Shown here: positions 57,516 to 64,000 of the stretch, piece by piece | Layout: every line of letters begins with the position of its first letter | How positions within the stretch are numbered: position 1 is the first letter of the stretch | NCBI GenBank assembly: GCA_964016885.1 | Contig: OZ024741.1 | Span: 297,414,001 to 297,478,000, forward strand | Origin: Eledone cirrhosa | Taxonomy: Eukaryota | Reading direction: 5' to 3' | Length of the DNA: 64,000 nucleotides | Position numbers and translations under genes: made by a program | Notes under the pieces: generated by a model | Told to the model about the DNA's origin: nothing | The model's input: the letters and a program-made list of their open reading frames with translations, nothing else | Database searches by the model: none

Positions 57516-58805
57516 ATGTCGTTTTCAATGACATCACCACCTCAATATATTGATGAGGTGGAGATTGACTCAGCCAGTGACAGCGCAATAAACCTGTCAT
57601 GGAGTGTAAAAGGTTCAGGGAGCCACACAGCATCACACATCACTGGTTTCCAGGTTCATTTTCAGAAGGTGGCTAGCTCTTACATCCAGTACAGCGCAAT
57701 GCTGTCATCCATGACGACCAGTTACAAGATCCGTAATCTTGTTGCCGACACTTTCTACAAGGTGTGCGTAGTCATGTACCGTAACGAGACAACACAAGGA
57801 GGTGGTGGAGTGGGAGAAGCACAGCCCCGACAGAAGTGTGTGGACGCAAGCACCACAGGTTGGCATATACCTGTGTCAGTTGGGAGTAGTGTCGGTGCAA
57901 TTATTGCACTCATCCTCATCATGCTGATGGTGGTCATTGTGCGCTTCCCTTCAATCATGCGCAACCGAAAGGGTGGCACACACACAACTAGCAAGTATGA
58001 CAGCATGACATCCAATCTCCATGATGACCATCTCGAGATGAGTGACACCACATTGCATGTGCATGATGACGAAGAAGAAGAAGAAGTAGACGATGAAGAA
58101 GAAATATTCGATGAAGAAGGGCAAGGTGAAGCTGCTGCTGCTGCTGTGGCATTCGCTGATCCTCGGGGCAGCATCATTGTTGAGGTTCCGGTCACGTTTC
58201 ACGAGCACCTTCTCAAACAACAACATCATAACTGTCAGTCAGTATTGGCTGAGAGCTACTGTAATGGTAACAACAATAAGCACTCACGCCGTCACCGCCA
58301 CCTTCACCACCAGCGAAGTATTTCACCACCGCCACCACAACCACCTCCACCTCCCCTACCTTCACCACCACCACAGCCACTACCACACCACTATGTGATA
58401 CGTGCTTCCACTCCTCACCTACACCACATCTACCACCAACAACAACAACCAGAACACCACCACCAACAACAACAACAGACACAGTTTGTCTCCCCTTGTT
58501 TATCTCATCTCAGCACCGAACAACAGCCATTTGTCCTGCCACTGAGTTACATCTCGGAGGTGGATGCTGGTTACCACCACATTGCAACTGGCAGTGTCTG
58601 CCCTCACAAAGAAACCAGTGGTAGCCACACTCGCAAGACACATCTCAAGCGGCAGGTAAGCAAGGGCAAGTACGAGGGCTGTCCTGATCAACAGCCACAT
58701 TGTAGCCACCGACACTCAACGAAAGTAAAAATTGAACACCAACCAAAGAATCCAAGGTCCAAGGTTGAGAAACAACCTTCTGTAGACCTCAGTAGTCCCT
58801 TGTAG
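57516..58805 (+). CDS. Fibronectin type III domain + single transmembrane protein with acidic and His/Pro/Gln-rich cytoplasmic tail (FNDC9- or LRFN/ELFN-type FN3)
   Basis: 429-aa ORF of raised GC: AINLSW..ITGFQVHF..YKIRNLVADTFYKVCV (FN3), TM VGAIIALILIMLMVVIV followed by RFP..RNRK; AATAAA ~100 bp after the stop. Confidence 0.85.
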   Translation: MSFSMTSPPQYIDEVEIDSASDSAINLSWSVKGSGSHTASHITGFQVHFQKVASSYIQYSAMLSSMTTSYKIRNLVADTFYKVCVVMYRNETTQGGGGVGEAQPRQKCVDASTTGWHIPVSVGSSVGAIIALILIMLMVVIVRFPSIMRNRKGGTHTTSKYDSMTSNLHDDHLEMSDTTLHVHDDEEEEEVDDEEEIFDEEGQGEAAAAAVAFADPRGSIIVEVPVTFHEHLLKQQHHNCQSVLAESYCNGNNNKHSRRHRHLHHQRSISPPPPQPPPPPLPSPPPQPLPHHYVIRASTPHLHHIYHQQQQPEHHHQQQQQTQFVSPCLSHLSTEQQPFVLPLSYISEVDAGYHHIATGSVCPHKETSGSHTRKTHLKRQVSKGKYEGCPDQQPHCSHRHSTKVKIEHQPKNPRSKVEKQPSVDLSSPL

Positions 58806-59032
58806 TGTGATAGAATTCTGTTTTCAGGAAAATACAAGAAGGTGAAGGAGTATATGTTTATATATGTGTGAATGTATGTACGTGTCCACATATACATGAA
58901 CATAAATAAATACATAATTGTGTCTGTACATTTATATGCACAAATAATGACTAAAAGAATTTATATGTGTGTGTGTGTGTGTCTGGAATTAACTGTTAAA
59001 ATGGCAAGAGCTCTGCTGTCAGGCCCCAACTC

Positions 59033-59069
<37 letters not shown>

Positions 59070-59342
59070 TAAAAATGACAAATAGACCAAGGTAACAGAT
59101 GATTGAACAATGTGAGAGTTTAAAGCAAAGTAAACAAACTGTGAAATAAAAAAAGAGCACATAGTAAACAAAATATATGCACAAAAATGTAAACAAGGTG
59201 TGTACAATGAAAATATTTACACTGTATAACAATAAAAGAAAAGTATTTAACGTTTTGGGTTAAACCCTTTATCGAAATAAAGTAAAAGAAAAAAGGACTG
59301 AGAATGAAACAGAAATGTGTCATAGTAAGACCAGATTAGAGA

Positions 59343-59379
<37 letters not shown>

Positions 59380-59521
59380 GGTAGGAAAATGGCAAAACTC
59401 TGCTTAAGGAAGCTGTTAAAACAGCAAAATGTCGTCAGGACAGCATTGAGTAAAACCCCCCTCCATAGACACGCACACATGTATATCATGACTCATACAC
59501 TGTTCATTCATTTTCCTGACA

Positions 59522-59655
59522 TTTTGAGTTCAAATCCTGCTGAGGTTAACTTTGCCTTTCATCCATACGGGGTCGATACAATAAAGTACTAGTAATACAA
59601 TGGGTAATTGCTGGCCTTGTGCCAAAAGTAGAAACTATTATTATTATTATTATTA
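59522..59655 (+). mobile_element. tRNA-derived SINE fragment with (ATT)n tail
   Basis: GAGTTCAAATCCTGCTGAGGTTAACTTTGCCTTTCATCC..GGGGTCGATA. Confidence 0.7.
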
Positions 59656-60098
59656 CCTTGAAGGATAAAAATCAGCAAGTTTTTCCATTTTCCTATGAAT
59701 TCTAATACACTTGCATTTCAAAACTCGATGTTCGAGTTAATTTTGTTTATACATATATACATATATATAGAGAGTAAAAATAGAAAGGAGTGAGAATGAA
59801 ACAAGAAATGTTACAGTAAGACAAGGTTGGAGAAAAGATGTGCTTCAAACAAACACACACACATATATATATATATATGTGTGTATTTATAGTCTATAGT
59901 AGGTGAGGTTATAGGAAATATATTCACTATAATTGCTTACATTACTCACTCAATGAGATATGGTTTGAACATAAAAGTGAGTGAACCTGTCTCAGAGTGC
60001 TAACAAAATGTATATTTGTTATGAGGAAGTCGCACGTAATTGTCCTGCACCTCGAGGTTTCTGCAAGCGCAGACTGCATTGACAAGTGCAATTTGTAA

Positions 60099-60148
<50 letters not shown>

Positions 60149-60359
60149 CAGTTCCCGTATGGGCAAGACATGGTCACCCAACCATGGTCACCCATAGAAA
60201 TCAAGCTAGAACCAGTTCTGTATGAGCAACACACGGTCACCTGATCTGACTTGTCACACAGGACAACTCGTCTAACCTATGCTAACATGGAAAAAAGGAC
60301 GTTAAACAGTGATGATGATGATATATAATCTTTGTTAGCAGGGAAGGCAGATATATATA

Positions 60360-60669
60360 CAGTGGAACCTTGGTTCACAAACTTAATTCATTTCCGAAGA
60401 CTGTTCATCATCTGAAATACTCGTAAACTGAAACTATTTTTCTCATATGAAATGTTGAGGTATAAATACAGTGAAAGAGAGACTGTGTGTGAAAGGCAGA
60501 TAGATATCATCATAGTAACTAACTACACAGCAAGTGACACTTTCCCACTGATACTGCCAACCCATTGTTGCCAGCACCTGTTGTTTGTTACTTGAGGCAC
60601 CGTTCATCAACCGAGATGTTTTATGTTTGGAAAAATGATGAGAGGCATTTATGAACTGAGGTTCCACTG
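60360..60669. mobile_element. pogo/Tigger-like MITE
   Basis: TIRs CAGTGGAACCTTGGTTCA ... TGAACTGAGGTTCCACTG, preceded by TA. Confidence 0.75.
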
Positions 60670-60685
60670 TGTGCGCGCGTGTGTG

Positions 60686-60985
60686 TCATCACCGTTTACG
60701 TCTGTTCTCCCACGCTAGCATGGGTTAGATGGGTTGTCCTGTTGTGGGTAGTGTCCAGTCGGCTGACCTTGTCTTGCTCATACAGGAACTGATTCTGGCT
60801 AGATTTCTACAGCTGGATGCCCTTCCTAACACCAACCTCATTTACAGTGAGTGCTGGGTGCTTTTTTTCCGTGGCGCCTACATGACCACTTTACAGTGTG
60901 GGCTGGGTGCTTTTTTGATGTGGCACCTCCATGACCATTTTGCAGTGGGAGGAGGTGGGGGCATATTGTCTATATGCTTCAGCTT
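60686..60985 (-). mobile_element. RTE 3'-UTR-derived repeat
   Basis: Reverse complement of 3007-3315; similar to 54270-54560. Confidence 0.7.
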
Positions 60986-61204
60986 GTTCATGTGGGCAGC
61001 CTCCCAGCCTTTGCCCCGGTCTGTAATGTGCTCAAATCTATTTATAAGGCACCTGTTGACATCTATTGTAATGCCCATTTTCCTTAAAATAAAAGATGTC
61101 AAAAGGTATTTAAATATTGCATAACATAATTTTCAAAATTTATTTAGAATATCTAGATACAGAAAGATAATAAAAAAATGTATTCTATGAAAATTATAAA
61201 ACAT

Positions 61205-61641
61205 TTACAGAACTTCAGTATATACAGTGTTTTTAACTTTTTTCTTTGGAGCATATATGAAGAGTTTGTGGGAGCTTCCTTCTCTGAAACAACCTACATA
61301 CAATTTACCTTGTGAGAAACAGCTCTCTTCTAGATGGAGTGCAACAACCTGCAATGTTTGATCTTGGGACTTGTCATTGGTGATTGCATAACTGACTCTC
61401 ACTGGGAATTGCAATAATTTGAAATGAAAGGGGACATCTGTTGGATTAGTGGTATGCTAGGTATAAATAAAATGTCTCCCTTACCACATTTAGTGAAGAT
61501 TTGGACTTTGATAATGTGAGGTTGTAATTTATTCACAACCATTTTGAGAAGCATGGTTACTGTGTCCTTCAATCTAAGATTGTGTGGCAGCATACTAGAT
61601 GGTTCCACACTTGATTTACAATGCTTTCCACAACAGTACAA
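61205..61641 (-). mobile_element. Helitron PIF1-like helicase C-terminal remnant (frameshifted)
   Basis: LPHNLRLK..G.ILFIPSIPLI / QFPVRVSYAITNDKSQDQTL..CFSQGKLYVGC..NTVYTEVL. Confidence 0.85.
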
Positions 61642-62259
61642 AATTATGAAGGATCAAATCATCCTTCAGTATCAAGGGATTGCTTTCCTGTAAATTGAAA
61701 TGGCTGAGAGGTGCTTATCTGTAACTCTGATTCTGTTTTTGGAAAAGAAGGTGATTGTGAGTAGGCAGAGGTCAGATTAGTTAAAACGCACAAAAAAAAA
61801 CTAGAAAAAAAAATTCTTCACGATCCCCAGTGGCTGCTTTTCAATAAATTTAAATGGCTGAGATGTGCTTATCTATAACTCCAAGGGTTCCCCTCTCTCC
61901 CCGCCTCCGTTTTCGGAAAAGTAGTTGGCGAGTGAGTCAAATGTTAAATTGGTCAACTACAAGTGAAAACACCTAGAAAAGTTATAGTTATTTAGAAAGA
62001 AGGGGAGGTGGACTGAGTGAGAGGTGGAGAAGTGTTTCCATCTCTCTATATAAGATGACATGACGGACGAACAGACAGTACTGTGTGCTAGAAAGAACAG
62101 TAAATTCTCCTCCAACTCATCTCCATTCGGTTTTTGGAAAATAAGTCGACAGCGAGCTTGTTGGAGAACAGATTAGTTGAAAACACACGAAAACCCTTAA
62201 TTATTATCAATTTTATTTAGTGGTATTAGTGGTCAACGTACAAACTTTCTTTTTACAAG

Positions 62260-62303
<44 letters not shown>

Positions 62304-62519
62304 CATATAAAAACGAGAAAACTCATCGTTAGAACAGCCGAATGCTGTCAATGACAGCGATGGGCAAAAACGCCTCAGAGGACAGAGACCAGTGGCTAGC
62401 AGTCACCAGAGTATATATATATATATATATATATACATACAGAGAGAGAGAGAGAGTATGTGGTGCAGAGACCATGGGGGGAGGGGGGTCACTAATCATG
62501 GGATTACTCAATGCAAGGG

Positions 62520-62652
62520 GAGATGCAGAACCAGGTACTCTGTCAAAAGCTTTTTCTAGATCACTAAAAGCAAGATATAATGGCTTATCCATGGCTACTT
62601 CTCTTGGAGTTGTCTCTCTAAGAAGAGAGGGCACCTGTAGTATTTTTCCCAT
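62520..62652 (-). mobile_element. RTE RT fragment
   Basis: KPLYLAFSDLEKAFDRVP. Confidence 0.65.
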
Positions 62653-62760
62653 GCATAAAAACCGAACTGCATCTTACCTAATTTTACTCTTTTCCTAATT
62701 AGCTATGCTAGAACTCTTTCCTTCACTTTTATAACTTGGTTCATCAGTTTTGTTGAGAAT

Positions 62761-63133
62761 AAATAAGTGACATAGTCACTACTTTAAAACTCATAGCGAA
62801 TAGTCTTCAAAATATTTTTAATTAAACATATTGCCAAATATACTATACATACATTGCTAATACCTAATTTTTGCTGGACCGGCAATCGCTCTGTTTAATC
62901 AGTCCTTAAATATTACTGGAATTCTATAAGAATCCAGCTTCTATAATTCTCAGCAGAGGCAAGGGAGTGTGTGGTCTTGATAAAAGCTAACAAGCGAGAA
63001 ACAGACTGTCGATCACTCTCCTTTGTTTTTGCCAAGAATAAGTGACATAGTCACTACTTTAAAACTCACAGCGAATAGTCTTCAAAATGTTTTTAATTAA
63101 ACAGAGTATATTACCAAATATACTATACATACA

Positions 63134-63135
<2 letters not shown>
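62761..63135 (+). mobile_element. ~1.4 copies of a ~277-bp unit containing a decayed hammerhead (62971-63016)
   Basis: ~95-bp direct repeat AATAAGTGACATAGTCACTACTTTAAAACTC at ~62762 and ~63038; between them GTGGTC-TTGATAA-AAGCTAACAAGCGA-GAAA-CAGACTG-TC-GATCAC. Confidence 0.6.
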
Positions 63136-63176
<41 letters not shown>

Positions 63177-63180
<4 letters not shown>

Positions 63181-63320
63181 CGAGCTCCAGCTGTTCGGAT
63201 CTAGCTGTCGAAACGGCCGGAGCTCAGCCGTCGGGGTCCTGACTCTTTTCCTATTACCCATAGTATCGACTACTCTGGTGCATTATGGTCCACCTGGTTC
63301 CTTACCACACTTTCTTTGTG
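63177..63320 (+). mobile_element. Truncated copy of the 29.3-30.0 kb HHR-bearing repeat, between (TA)n tracts
   Basis: GGATCTAGCTGTC-GAAA-CGGC CGGAGCTCA GCCG-TC-GGGGT..GACTCTTTTCCTATTACCCA..TTATGGTCCACCTGG. Confidence 0.65.
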
Positions 63321-63375
<55 letters not shown>

Positions 63376-63531
63376 TGCATGTATGAGTATATATACATAT
63401 ATACATGCATCAGGAAATAGAATGAGAAATAAAAGAATAGAAACAGATGAAAGTGAGAAATGGAATGGAAAAGAATTTATTTTGGAGAGAAAGCATGTGT
63501 GTGTTCAGTTAGATATATGTATAGATGTGTA

Positions 63532-63587
<56 letters not shown>

Positions 63588-64000
63588 CTTCAAGATTAAA
63601 AATGACAGACACAGAAAAAACATAGGGTTTCCCAGGATGGTTGATGTAAGAAGACAAGGTAAGTAGCCTAGTATGCAGATAGTAGTGAGCTTAGGTGGTG
63701 TTGGAGTGTTTGCATTTATCATTGGTGCACGTTTCCTTGTGGTTGATTAGATGATATATAGAACTTCTGATAAGAGTCCAATTAGATCCCAAAAAATGAT
63801 TAAAGATATTTATCCATTTTTCAATCTACATGGAAATTCATATTTTCCAGCATGCCTACATATTAGATATGTGTATATATTTATACATGTTGGTGTAGTT
63901 TCAGTTAAACACTCTGCATCTATACTGATATAACTTTATCATATTCTTTGGTTGCTAATGCACTTCTCACTATATATGGTGTGATGTGGATACATGGGAA

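Noticed and set aside
63590-63665. Strong donor-like AAG|GTAAGT at ~63659
   Set aside because: No supporting acceptor or recognisable coding sequence

Overview
Eukaryotic, AT-rich, repeat-dense animal DNA. The SINE/RTE repeat repertoire and microsatellite load are most consistent with an octopus (cephalopod) genome; this is inference. Two host genes are supported. (1) A minus-strand C7orf25/UPF0415-like gene with four phase-consistent GT-AG exons (17877-18117, 11731-13191, 5413-5597, 4537-4617). Its first and last exons were not found, and one exon carries a very large low-complexity insertion. (2) A plus-strand FN3 + single-TM membrane protein ORF (57516-58805). The rest is decayed mobile DNA (Dong/R4, RTE, CR1, Penelope-like GIY-YIG, Helitron, Tc1/pogo, tRNA-derived SINEs) and a ~21.6-kb degenerate (TA/TACA)n field at 32.6-54.3 kb. 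The main signal that the ORF track misses is a set of hammerhead-ribozyme (HHR) elements. Three non-coding fold-back islands sit inside the TA field. One is a near-identical 5.4 x ~310-bp tandem array (retrozyme-like) whose terminal inversion starts at the predicted self-cleavage site. Further intact or decayed HHRs lie at ~29.9, 56.0, 63.0 and 63.2 kb. All identifications are by eye; no searches or folding were run, and repeat boundaries are approximate.
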